This document shows positions 27,011 through 39,207 of a stretch of DNA of 64,000 nucleotides, in pieces. The stretch covers positions 148,986,001 through 149,050,000 of the forward strand of contig NC_042998.1 of NCBI RefSeq assembly GCF_006345805.1, read 5' to 3'. The DNA comes from Octopus sinensis (lineage: Eukaryota). The notes under the pieces were generated by a model that saw nothing but the letters and a program-made list of their open reading frames with translations, was not told where the DNA came from and did not search any database. A program made the position numbers and the translations under genes. The number at the start of each line of letters is the position of its first letter. Position 1 is the stretch's first letter.

Positions 27011-27162
27011 TGTATATATACAAAGTGTATATATCTGTATTTATGTATATTAAACTGTTTCATACTTTTTCATAGTTATATATATTTTTAAACAAATTAT
27101 AAATATAATTTCATAATTTTTATTTTCAATTTAAATAATTTAAAGTTTTCAATTATATTTTA

Positions 27163-27657
27163 CTAGCAATATCGCCCGGCGTTGCTCGGGTTTGTAAGGG
27201 AAATAACTATATAAGCATTTTTAGTGAGTTATAGCAAAAAAAATAGCAAAAAATGCATTAAAGATGGAATAAAAAATGATAGTAATTCTTTTTAAATCGT
27301 TGACTCATCGTAGACATTTTTACAGAGTATCCCTTATATAATAGCGAAAAATGCATTAAAATGGATATAATAAAAAATGATGGTAATTTTTTTTAATCGT
27401 GACTCATCGTAGACATTTTTAGAGAGTTACTTCCCTTATATAATAGCGAAAAATGCATTAAAAGGAATAAAAAATGATGGTAATTTTTTTTTTTAATCGT
27501 AGACTCATCGTAGACGCGCGCTAATACCCAGAAGGGCTCGATATGAATCACGACTATAAGATACCCGGTTTGGTTACACTGCACCGCAAAATGTGGGAGT
27601 AGTTAGGAATCTAAATCGTAGGAGACAGACACACAACCTTACCTTTATATATAAAGA
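27163..27657 (-). mobile_element. Non-autonomous Helitron, complete (495 bp)
   Basis: Minus strand 5' A|TCTTTATATATAAAGGTAAGGTTGTGTG; 3' hairpin CCCGAGCAACGCCGGG + CGATATTG-CTAG|T. Confidence 0.85.
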
Positions 27658-28172
27658 TTTGTGCAACAACTAAAACATTCGGTTGTGCAAATTGTTTGCA
27701 CAGGAAACCTGCCCTGTGTGGCGGGTTTTTGCGTTTTGTGGATCTGTTTCAGCTTTTCTAGCGATTTCTGTTTTGGCGACTTCAAGCCATGAAGTCGTTG
27801 TTCTAAAAGAACGCTGGTCTCCTTCACAACGCATTACGACGTTGATTTCCTTACACTCCCTTCCCCACAGCTTCACGAGGGAGGGAAGAAGGGGGAGAAG
27901 CAACACAGGTGCAGGCGTGAGCGTGGACGCCAACTCCGCCGCCATCGACACACGAAAAAATATGCATTAAAATGGAATAAAAAATGATGTTAAATTATTT
28001 TAAAAATCGTACACTCATCGTAGACGCGCGCTAATACCCAGACGGGCTCGATATGAATCACGACTATAAGATACCCGAATTTGGTTAAACTGCACCGCAA
28101 AATTTGGGAGTAGTTAGGAATCTAAATCGAAGGGGACAGACACTCACACAACTACAGTTTTATATATATAGA
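27658..28172 (-). mobile_element. Helitron 5' fragment of the same family, in tandem with 27163-27657
   Basis: 5' A|TCTATATATATAAAACTG; about 200 bp (GATTTAGATTCCTAACTACTCCC...GCGCGCGTCTACGATGAGT) shared with the neighbouring copy, then diverges into a GC-richer internal segment. Confidence 0.75.
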
Positions 28173-29504
28173 TATATTTTCTATGTTATATTTTCTTTTT
28201 TTATGTTTTTGTTTTTGGTTTTTCACTGTTTGATTTGCCTATTAGTGGTTTTATCTCTAATTTAATTTATACAGATATATATCTCATTTGTATACATTTG
28301 TATATATAATGCGTGCACACACACACATATATATATATATACACATATATATATGTGTGCATTACGTAGTCGGTCGATTCACCTGAAAATATGCACACCT
28401 ATGTTAAAGGTGCTGACAAGTTTGCATCACAACTATTTTGTTCCTCAAATGAAAGGCGTCACCTCTAGGACAAAATTCCTCATCTTATAAAATGTGGCCC
28501 CAGTACACCCGAATGAAATCGGGTTATATTAACCAAAATGTGAAAAGGGGTCTAAATGGGGCTGGAAGGGGATTAAAAATTCAAAGAGCGGGTGTTTAGG
28601 AATTCTCTGTTGCATCAAGCTAAAAAATTTGCGCCAGCCTTTTAATCGTCAATGTTGCCGTCCATGATAAAGAAGTTTTGAATGCTTGCCATGGTGGTGA
28701 GTCTACTGTCGTGAGAAAGAATCACTTCAAAAATTGGCGTTCACGAATTTTCTTTTACATCAAGTTCAAAATTTTACGCCAGCCGTTAAACTGTCACTAC
28801 GTTGCTGTCCGTCGTTAACAAATGCCAGCCATGGTGACTCTACTATCCTCAGATTCTATCCCTTCAAACTTTGGTTTCCAATATTTTATTATTTTTATTC
28901 AGCTCGCAAGTTCGTCTGTCCCTTTGAATGCTAGCGTTTTGCTGTCTGCCTTGAAGCAGACCTTTCCATTGCCACTGCCTCATATTTCTGATTGATCTTT
29001 CTAAATATTTTATTTCTCAACTTACTCAAGATCTTCTGTGTTTATAAATGGGAGAGAGATAGATAAAGATAGAGAGTAAGAGAAAGCGAGGGAGAGTCAG
29101 AGAGAAAAGAAAAGTAAGAGAGTGGGAAAGTGAGAGAGAAAGGAGAGAGAAACAAATACGGAGAGAAACAAATACGGGTTGGGCAGTGTGACCGGGTCTC
29201 GGAAGCCAGGAGGCTGCACCAGGCTCCAGTCTGATCTGGCAGTGTTTCTACAGGTGGATGACTTCCTAACGCCAACCACACTGTGAGTGTAGTGAGTGCT
29301 TTTTTCGTGCCGACGGCACTGGTGCCAGGGGGGGCTCGCAGTGGCAACGATCGGTTGGTGCTTTTTACGTGCCACCAGCACAGAAGCAAGTCAAGGCGGT
29401 GCTGCAATCGGCCACGTTCGGATGGTGCTTTTTACGTGCTGAAAGGAAGCAACAGAAAGTAACACCCACACTCTTACCGCGCGCGTAGAGCGGGTCACCT
29501 TCAG

Positions 29505-29562
<58 letters not shown>

Positions 29563-29808
29563 GGACACGATAGCAGGTTAAACAAAAGAATTAATTTGTC
29601 AATTTAATATGGCATCATAAATTGCTTAACCTTTACACCTGTTTTGCAAACGAATATTAATATGTTTGGTAGTAATCGTTCCGTGATTGGATGATCACGC
29701 TAAAATGCCAGGTCTTCAGTAGAAAATAATTTAAACCATTGTAATTTAGCAGCTTCAGCAGGTAGTCCTTATATGTGTATGTATGTCTTTGAATATGTAT
29801 ATGTACAA

Positions 29809-29894
<86 letters not shown>

Positions 29895-30007
29895 GTAAAA
29901 AGTGAAAAAACTACAGAAGGCTTGTTTTAAAAGGTTAAAAAATATATATTTGAGTCAATATGTCTGAAGAATATTATAAATTTTTTTCTTACAATGACAT
30001 AATTTAG

Positions 30008-30047
30008 AAGAAATGACCGGTTTCGCGTTCAGCTTTTCAAATTTCTT
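30008..30047 (-). ncRNA. Minimal type-I hammerhead ribozyme, U3-A8 core variant
   Basis: Minus strand AAGAAAT [TTGAAAA] GC-TGAAC-GC [GAA A C CG G T C] ATTTCTT: 7-bp stem I, 2-bp stem II, palindromic ACCGGT stem III, GUC cleavage site. Confidence 0.65.
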
Positions 30048-30313
30048 ACGTCGTTATGTTTATGTTGAGCAGAGTTATCGTTATGTTTATGTTGAGAAGA
30101 GTTCTAGATAAGGGGAGGTAATAAGTGATTTCTTCCGGTGTAAGGGATATAATCGCTTAAATTTTTTTGTCTTTCCTTTGGAGTGAATTTCTCTGTATAA
30201 GAATGGTTAAGTCTGGGCTTGTACTTTTCAATGAAGAATGTTTCCTTGTTTAGTCTAATTTGTGTTGGTGTTCCGATAGCACATTGGTAAAATGGAAAGA
30301 TTAAAAATTGTGG

Positions 30314-31155
30314 CAAGAAGGATATGCACAATAGTGTCAGAACAAAATACCAGGAACTTTAGACTGCAAGAACTCAAAAACACCCTAATTGACAGACATT
30401 ACCCAGCTCAACTCATAGAGGATGGGATCAGACGTGCAACAGAAATCAACATAGAAACTTTAAGAAAAGTTCAACACAACAACACACCTTCCCCGAAAAT
30501 ACTACCTTACATATCCACATACAACCCCAGAAACAAAGAAGCCTTCACCATCATCACCCAGAATTTACCAATACTTCATAAGGACCCCAAATTAAAGGAA
30601 ATTTTAAACATACACCAAATCATTAAAAGCTACAAACAACCTAAATCACGTAAAAAGATTCTCACAAAGGCAAAATTGTTTTCTGAAATTACGGATGCAA
30701 AAGTAAAAAAATGTGGTAGACCGAACTGTGCAACATGTCCAAGCCTGCTAGAAGGATCAGAATTCCTCTTCAAAGAGGGACAAAAATTCAAGATCAAATC
30801 TAATTTTACTTGTGCCTCTGAAAACATAATTTATGTCATAAAATGCTCGGGCTGCTACCAAGACTACGTGGGATCCACGGGACTATCATTCAGACGTAGA
30901 TGCACACTGCATCGACAACAGATTGCATTCCCAGAATACGGAATGATACCTTTTAGTGAACACATTGAGAAATGCGCAAAGCAACTACTACCACAATTTT
31001 TAATCTTTCCATTTTACCAATGTGCTATCGGAACACCAACACAAATTAGACTAAACAAGGAAACATTCTTCATTGAAAAGTACAAGCCCAGACTTAACCA
31101 TTCCAACATACTTATACAGAGAAATTCACACCAAAGGAAAGACAAAAAATTTTAA
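30314..31155 (+). pseudogene. Penelope-like RT C-terminus, Cys-rich linker and GIY-YIG endonuclease (5'-truncated, open frame)
   Basis: ARRICTIVS...RHYP, LPYISTYNP, KCGRPNCATC, FTCASENIIYVIKCSGCYQDYVGSTG..FRRRCTLH, RLNKETFFIEKYKPRLN. The listed Met at 30292 lies in the inverted arm and is fortuitous. Confidence 0.85.
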
Positions 31156-31240
31156 GAAATCACTCATTACCTCCCCTTATCTAGAACTCTTCTCAACATA
31201 AACATAACGATAACTCTGCTCAACATAAACATAACGATGT

Positions 31241-31280
31241 AAGAAATTTGAAAAGCTGAACGCGAAAACGGTCATTTCTT
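31241..31280 (+). ncRNA. Second copy of the same hammerhead in the 3' pseudo-LTR
   Basis: AAGAAAT TTGAAAA GCTGAACGC GAAAACGGTC ATTTCTT; identical except C>A in stem III. Confidence 0.55.
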
Positions 31281-31412
31281 CTAAACTATGTCATTGAAAG
31301 AAAAAAATTTAACATTTTAAAACAAGCCTTCTGTAGTTTTTTCACTTTTTACTATTTTCTATATATTCAACCACGTGCTTTCACAAACCAACTTTCTCAT
31401 CTATATATATAT

Positions 31413-31465
<53 letters not shown>

Positions 31466-32281
31466 GAAATTTAGAGTAAAACAAAAGACGAAGATAGGTG
31501 TATGAACAACAAGCGGGTGAATTAGTTTGAAGCTCGAGAAAGCGAGTAAGTTTTTTATATTTAGAGCCTACGCTCTTCAATCGAAAGGAATAAAAGAAAA
31601 TAAACAGAGAGAATAAAAAAAACTTGTGGATTTAGCGGTCAAGCAATAAATATTTACATTTGGTTGGATGACTGTGGGTACATATGTATATGTATACGTG
31701 TGCGCGCGTGCGATGGGCAGACGCACATACGTGTGAATGTATACATGCTTGCACGCACAAGTATACTTATGAATGTGAGTGTGTTTAAATGTTCGCACCC
31801 ACAAGGTCAAAAGACCTGAATTTGACCATGCTTAATTGCCATATATAGCAGAAGTCAAAGGCTTTTACACACTAGACCACTCAATCTAATGCTTCATACA
31901 CTAAGTTGTTTTTATATTTTCTTATTTTCATTTTAATTTTTACTTTTAGCAATTACATCATGACCACAAATATTAACACCCAATTCATGTTAAATGACTT
32001 GTTTTTTTTATTTTGGTATTTTCTTCCTAACCAAGCCCCCTCACTAGCACAAATGCATCCGAACAGCTAGAATCTCTCAATACAACCATTTATCCTGATG
32101 CGAAGTCCAAATAAGTATATTATGCCACCCGAAAAGGTTATTTTGCACTGTGCGTTGCATCTGGTGTTATTGCATCGTACCACGCTCAATAGGGAGCAAT
32201 GCAACTTGAAACCGAAACGATTGCTGTGCTAATAAGTGCTTTTTGTTATGCTCCGTCTTCTTCATTAATCTGTAATATATA

Positions 32282-32645
32282 TGTTGCTGTTGGCATCCTT
32301 TTTGTCTCGGGAGACAATGGAGTTGCGCATAAAATAATCTAGTCCGGCTTTTACATTTCATGTCCTAATACATCTCCTGCTGTGGCTGTGTAGTCCTATC
32401 CTGGACAAATACTCCCTGGCAGGTGCCGCAAATGTAGCGAAGACTTTGCCTGGTTGGTTGTAATGTCATAGTTTCTTGTTGACGTCTTTTCTTGTCGTTC
32501 CATTTCTCCTCTCTCCCTCTGTGACTCCTTTGTGTTCCCTCTTTTACGCTACGTCGCCAATCTTCACGGTTTCTGGCAACTGCTTCCCAGTTGCTAATAT
32601 TGATGTCGCAGGCCTTCATGTCCCTTTTGCAAACATCCTTGTATC
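32282..32645 (-). mobile_element. RTE LINE 3' fragment with 10-bp TSD
   Basis: Closely matches 46415-46760 (RYKDVCKRDMKAC..ISNWEAVA..YICGTC); flanked by GTAATATATA at 32272-32281 and 32646-32655. Confidence 0.9.
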
Positions 32646-32691
32646 GTAATATATACATACATACACATATGTGTGTGCGTGTGTGTGTGTG

Positions 32692-32729
<38 letters not shown>

Positions 32730-32730
<1 letters not shown>

Positions 32731-33416
32731 TATCTCCAAAGTCGTCTAAGTATTCAAAATTGCTGTAACATGTCATATATTCTATACTTTTATTTCTTTT
32801 TCAGAACTTAGTTTAACACGGGAAAACTATTGATGGAAAAATTGACAACTCAAAAAAGAACCGAAATCGTGGCCTTTTCTTTCGTATTTAACCTGTCCAT
32901 CATTCATAGTCAAAGAAAATGATGCAAGAAAAGCACTTCGAATTTTCTGGTTTGTCGTTGTAGGCAATAAGGCTCAGAGAGTAGCTTGCCACAACGTGGA
33001 AGACAACGTGTAGTCTGTTCGCAGATGAATCGTCAACATGTGTGAGACTCTGTTAAACAAGAAACTGGAACATCGATTCGCAGACGCTCTGATGAGTGGA
33101 AAATGTATTGAATGCCACTGCATTGCAAAGAGACAATTTGTACCTGTACCCAGGATAACTTCAACTGCTATAAAAATTGCAAACGACAGGTCATCGACAA
33201 TGCTTAATTTACTTGATTCAAATTCAAAGGCTGGATAATAATGATAACGAATATGTTCATAAGCTGATAATGAGTGACGAGGCTCATTTCCATTTGAATG
33301 GTTTTGTTAATAAGCAGAACTGTCCGATCTGGAGATAAAATGTGAGTTGCATCCTCTCAAATGCAGTCTAGTGTGGTCAAAGTTCAGAAAATATTATTGG
33401 ACATAACAACAACAAC

Positions 33417-33466
<50 letters not shown>

Positions 33467-33538
33467 TATTATTATTATTATTATTACTATTATTATTATT
33501 ATTATTATTATTATTACTACTATTATTATTATTATTAC

Positions 33539-33583
<45 letters not shown>

Positions 33584-34260
33584 GGCAGCGAGCTGGTAGA
33601 ATCGTTAGCGCACTGGACGAAAGGCTTTGCGATATTTCACTCGTCGCCTACGCCTGAGTTCACAATTCCGCCGAGGTCGATTTTAGCTTTCATCCCTAGG
33701 GGTCGATAAAATAAGTACCAGTTGAACACTGGAGATCAATGTAATCGACTCATCCCCTCCCTCAAGATTTCTGCTCTTGTGACAAAATTTGAAACCATAA
33801 TAATAATAATGATAATAATAATAATAATAATTATTATTATTATTTATTTATTTATTTATTTTTGTATTTTGAAGATGAAAACAGCAATGCAATGACAATC
33901 TCTAGGGAACAGTATCAGGCCATGATGGAGGGTTTTGTGCCCAGTAGTTCAGGACAAACGTAAATTTTGGTTTCAACAAGATGATGTCAATATTCCTGCA
34001 CCCAGGATAACGATGAAACTTCTGAGACAAATTTTTGGTCATCGAATAATTTTACGAAACACTGAAATTTCTCCTGATCTGATCCTCCTAATTAAATTCT
34101 TTTTATTTTTATTTTGGGTTATTTTAAGGACCATTTATATATTAATAAACACCAGACAATCTAGCGACTTAAGGTTAGCATCTTTGCAGAAATTCGAGGA
34201 TTTTAGCCAGAAATATTAACCATAGTTATAAGGGACGCTATCAAACGAACAGCTTGAAAG
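32730..34260 (+). mobile_element. Tc1/mariner relic (DD41D/rosa-like), interrupted by (TAT)n and a SINE
   Basis: MEKLTTQKRTEIV start; LIMSDEAHFHLNGFVNKQNC.IW at ~33265-33335; WFQQD..RITMKLLRQIFGHRII and FWGYFKDHLYINK at ~33965-34150. The family subtype is inferred from motifs. Confidence 0.7.
33584..33800 (+). mobile_element. SINE family A copy preceded by a ~165-bp (TAT)n tract
   Basis: GGCAGCGAGCTGGTAGAATCGTTAGC head, core and GTGACAAAATTTGAAACC tail; (TTA)n at 33419-33583. Confidence 0.85.
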
Positions 34261-34754
34261 TAACTTCCGTTAACAATCGTTAGAACGCCGGGTGAAATGC
34301 TTAGCGGTATTTCGTCTGCCGTTACGTTCTGAGTTCAAATTCCGCCGAGGTCAACTTTGCCTTTCATCCTTTAGGGGTTGACTAAATAAGTACCAGTTAC
34401 GCACTGGCGTCGATATAATCGACTTAATCCGTTTGTCTGTCCCCTCTGTGTTTAGCCCCTTGTCGGCAGTAAAGAAATAGTTATTTCGTCTGCGCTACGT
34501 TCTGAGTTCAAATTCCGCCGTGGTCGACTTTGCCTTTCATCATTTCGGGAACGATGTAATCGACTTAATCCCTTCCCCCAAATTTGAGGCCTTGTGCTAC
34601 CAGTAGAAAAGTTAATTTAAGGCCTGAGGAACACTGAACTGGTTTCGTAATATGTTCATGACATCATAAATTCATTAATACCTAAAGTGCATAAAATAAG
34701 TTAAATTAAATTAGCGATGGTGGGAGAACACACACACACACACACACACACACA

Positions 34755-34797
<43 letters not shown>

Positions 34798-34903
34798 CTA
34801 CGGGCTTCTTTCAGTTTCCGCCTGCCAAATCCACTCGCAAGGTTTTGGTCGGCCCGAGGCTACACAGTGGGACTGGAACCGGAACCATGTGGTTGGGAAG
34901 CAA

Positions 34904-34951
<48 letters not shown>

Positions 34952-35022
34952 ATATATGTATGTATGCATATATGTATGTATTTATGTATGTATGTATCTA
35001 TGTATATGTGTACGTGCGTGTC

Positions 35023-35811
35023 TGTGTTTCTCACCCACTATCGCTTGACAACTGTTGTTGGTTTGTTTACTTACCCCTAACCTAGCGGTTTGGCAAAAGT
35101 GAACGATAGAATAAGTACCAGGCTTAAAAGGAAGTACCTGAGTTCATTTGTTCGACTAAACACTTCGAAGCAGTGCTCCTGCAAGGTCGCAACCCAATGA
35201 TTGAAACAAGTAAAAGACAAAAGATAAAAATGGAGACACTTTTTTCGTGTAAACACACACGTGTCAGGTAAAAATGCAAGAAAACAATTTAAATGGTTCA
35301 AAACTGAGGGCAATCTAATTTCAGAATTAAAATAATTGCCTGTAAAATAGAAATGAAGCCGAAATTATACACCAACGTCTCTTCCATTCCTAACTGATGT
35401 AACAAATACTTGAATATTTTGGAAATTGTAAGACTGCGACCGACATTTCGTTTGTCTTCTCGTTCTGAGTTCAAGTTCCACCGGTGGTGACTTTCGAGGG
35501 TCGATAAAATAAGTACTAGTTGCGTAATGGGGTCAATGTAATCGTCTTTCCGCCACCCCTGAACATCGGGGAAAATACTTAGCAGCATTTCACCGGTCTT
35601 TCCGTTCTGAGTTCAAATTCCGCTGAGGTCGACTTCGCCTTTCTTCATTTCGGGAACGATAAAATAAGTACCAGTTGCGCACTGAGGTCGATCTAATCGA
35701 CCTATCCTTCATCCTAAATTGCTGGCCTTGAGCCAAACCTTGAAAGCAATATTTTCGAAGAACAAAACGGTGCCAGCCAATTTATAAATACATCTGCTTC
35801 TATATTATCTA
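35023..35811 (+). repeat. Local segmental duplicate of 56183-56495 + 61117-61671 (Helitron empty-site copy)
   Basis: Shares SINE pieces and the non-SINE spacers, e.g. CGTGTAAACACACACGTGTCAGGTAAAAATGCAAG and TTGAAAGCAATATTTTCGAAG, in the same order. Confidence 0.9.
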
Positions 35812-37096
35812 GTGTGTACTTCATTTGAATACAACAATATACAATTTGGCTTCTATTTTTCTCAGGTCCTGCGATGACCTAGGGACATCTTCATTGGCTT
35901 AAAAATTATGAATAAGACAGAACAGAGATCAAGTTCTTGAGTAGGATGCGAACTTCATGGGACAAGGGGCAAAAATTCACTTGTTATTGTAACCATCATC
36001 CCCTTCTTCTTCTTCTTCAACTACTACTACTACTACTACTACTAGTGCTGCTGCTGCTGCTGTTACTGCTACTAGTACTACGTCAACCCCTGCTAACATC
36101 CTACCAGGTAGGTCTATGATTAAAAGTATCCAATCCATGACCATCCCGTCATTACAGACATAAGTTTACCTCAGACTATATAGTTCTTTTATCAGAGATC
36201 CCATAATTGCCGTGGGTTATAGAGGTTTTCAGTAATGACGACGGTGGCGAATGTGGAGACTAGGCCTTAGTCACATTTTGATATCATGTACTACTAGGGA
36301 TGGTGGTTGTGCAATTAGTGCGAAACTTGTTAATATGATATTTTTGTTCAATTGTAGTGACAGATTCGGTTGCTGCTGCTGCTGCTGCTGGTAGTGGATG
36401 CGATGGGGTGGTAGGCATGGTTTGTTGAATATGGCATAACTGATGTTTATGGTGATGATGACTGTGGTTCTTATCGTTGCTGTTGTTGTTGGTGGTGGTG
36501 GCGCACTGCCTTTAAAATCGGCTACGACAAAGTACTGAAAATAGCAACGGTGTGATGAAGATGATGATGATGACGACGAAGACGATAACGATGATAATGA
36601 TGATGATGTTTGTGGTGGTGATGGTGGTGAAGACAGTAATGATAACGAGGATAATAATGACGATGATGATGGTGATCATGACGACGACGACGACGACGAC
36701 GATGATGATGATGATGATGATGATTAGATGTCTGTTGTTGTTTATTGATTGTTATTGGTATTGTTTGTAGTTGTTAGACATTATCCCTAATGGAAGGAAC
36801 CACCAACAGCACCAGCCCAGTACACGCACCACATCGCCACCCACGTCTATTGACGATTATTTGAAAATGAGTGGGGGGGGGAGACTACCGCCCCCAGCCA
36901 CCCTCCACTACTACAGCCACCACCGTCCCCCACCAGCACCGCTAACAACGCCACCGCCACCCACACCATACAGTATACAACTTCCGTGCATTAGGCTATT
37001 TCTTCATTAGATTCCAGCATCGATTTCCTCCCAGCGGGCTCAGCTCACAAAATATCTGGCGACACGGAAACATCGACTAAAACATAACAGGCACAC

Positions 37097-37138
<42 letters not shown>

Positions 37139-37894
37139 ACACATGTAAATACGTATGTGTATATATTCATATATATATTTTTTTGCATATATGTATGCCT
37201 GCATGTCTGCGTGCATATATATATTCATATACATGCATACATTGGTAAATGTGAATATATATATACATATGAATACATATACATACGTACATATATACAT
37301 ACATAAACAGATACATACATATATATCAATATATACATATATATATATACATATGTATATGTATATACATATATACATATGTATATATAAATATATGTAT
37401 ATACATATATATGCATATATATATATGTATATACATATATATGCATATATATATGTATATACATATATATGCATATATATATGTATATACATATATATAT
37501 GTATATATATATATACACACATACACACACATATATATACATACGTATATATACTTGCATATATGATATATGTGTATGTATATTTGTCAGCATATATCTT
37601 TACATAAATGTGTGTGAATACGTATTTTTGTATCCCTGTGTATTTGTATCTATGTATGTAATTATTTATGTGTTGTAGCATGTACGCATACTAGTATGCA
37701 TATACGTTCTTTGTACATATGTACGCATGTATTTTTGTATGCATGTCTATATATGTATGCATCTATTGATCATAGTGTATAAAGTTTGTATATATATAAG
37801 CATGTATGTATATAGTTACGTATGTACTTAACTATGTATATTTGTGCCTATGAATATATGTATGTGTGTATGTTATGTATATATGTATGTGTGT

Positions 37895-39141
37895 GTATTC
37901 ATGTTCTCTTCTGTTTTTAGTTATTTAAATTCTTCCTTCGAGGAAGGTGCTGTTTTCTACCAAAGATACGAAGCTCTATCATTGGAATGTAGATAGCAAG
38001 AACACCACCACATTTCAAACTGTTTATTTTTACAGTCCCACTTCCAGAATGTATTTACAATGTGCTGATTTCTTTTTCTGAAAACCTTAGCTTGTACAGA
38101 TTGTCACTTAGGCATTTCTTTGCAAAACCAAGTGCACCAATAATACTGGTATAAATGTGAATTTATAATCTGGATATAGAAGCTGGAAGTATCAAATCTG
38201 CAGGACAGCTGACTTCTATGACGGTACATACGTTTTCTTGTCTGCTCCAAACAACAATATCTGGCCTGTTATGCTTACACTTGACAGAATTTCGTTGAGA
38301 ATGTTCCATCAGTATTCTTTGTGCTGATATTTCTGTATATATTTCATGCTATGGGCATTCTCTATATTTATTCCAAGAGAGTCTTTTTTTTCCGAATGGC
38401 ATTGTATAATGTTTGCTTGTAACAGCATCATTCGCATAGCGAGATAGTACTTCGATGACATGCTTGGGTAGCTGCTAATCACATGAGTGGTGTTTCCCAT
38501 AAAATATGATATAATTTACATTTTCGGTTGCCTCTTGGAGCTCCAAGAACTCAACTGTCAGTTTTGTTTATTAGCTATTTAGTACCGATGTCCTATTCTT
38601 GGACTGCAAATGCATAGACTTGGAGGTGTGATGTGAATTAGTAGACACGAGTCCAAGAAAGGCTTCGCTCCATATCGATATCATTGTCTTCTTCAAGTCT
38701 TGGGGAAACTTATACATACATAGTATTTATTAATTATTATTTTTTTATGGCATGCTGAGCGTTTCACATCCATATCTTCTTTGAGGTATGTTAGTCTGGC
38801 TGTTTTGGGAGTTGCATGGAAGGTCATCAGGAAGAGGAGCTCCTGAAGAGCTCACTGCTGATACGTAGGATATTGTTCCTGTCACTTTTCAACACTGAGT
38901 TATTCTAATCTTCTATTCTTTTACTTATTTCAGTCATCTGACTGCGGCCAAGCTGGAGCACCACCTTTTAGTCGAACAAATCGGTCCCAGAACTTATTCT
39001 TTGTAAGCCTGGTACTTATTCTATCGGGTCTTTTGCTGAACAGCTATGTTACGGGGATGTAAACACACCAACATCGGTTGTTAAGCGATGGTAGTGGTGG
39101 GATAAACAGACAAATACATACATACATATATAAGCACGTCG

Positions 39142-39207
<66 letters not shown>

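Larger units (their letters stand above)
29889..31358 (+). mobile_element. 5'-truncated Penelope-like element with inverted pseudo-LTR at its 5' end
   Basis: 29889-30313 is the reverse complement (with indels) of 30991-31358; the forward part carries the RT thumb and GIY-YIG ORF. Confidence 0.88.

Noticed and set aside
31545-31590. Minus-strand TTGAAGAGCGTAGGCTCTAAA hammerhead-like remnant
   Set aside because: GAAA is mutated to TAAA and no closing stem I; too decayed to call.
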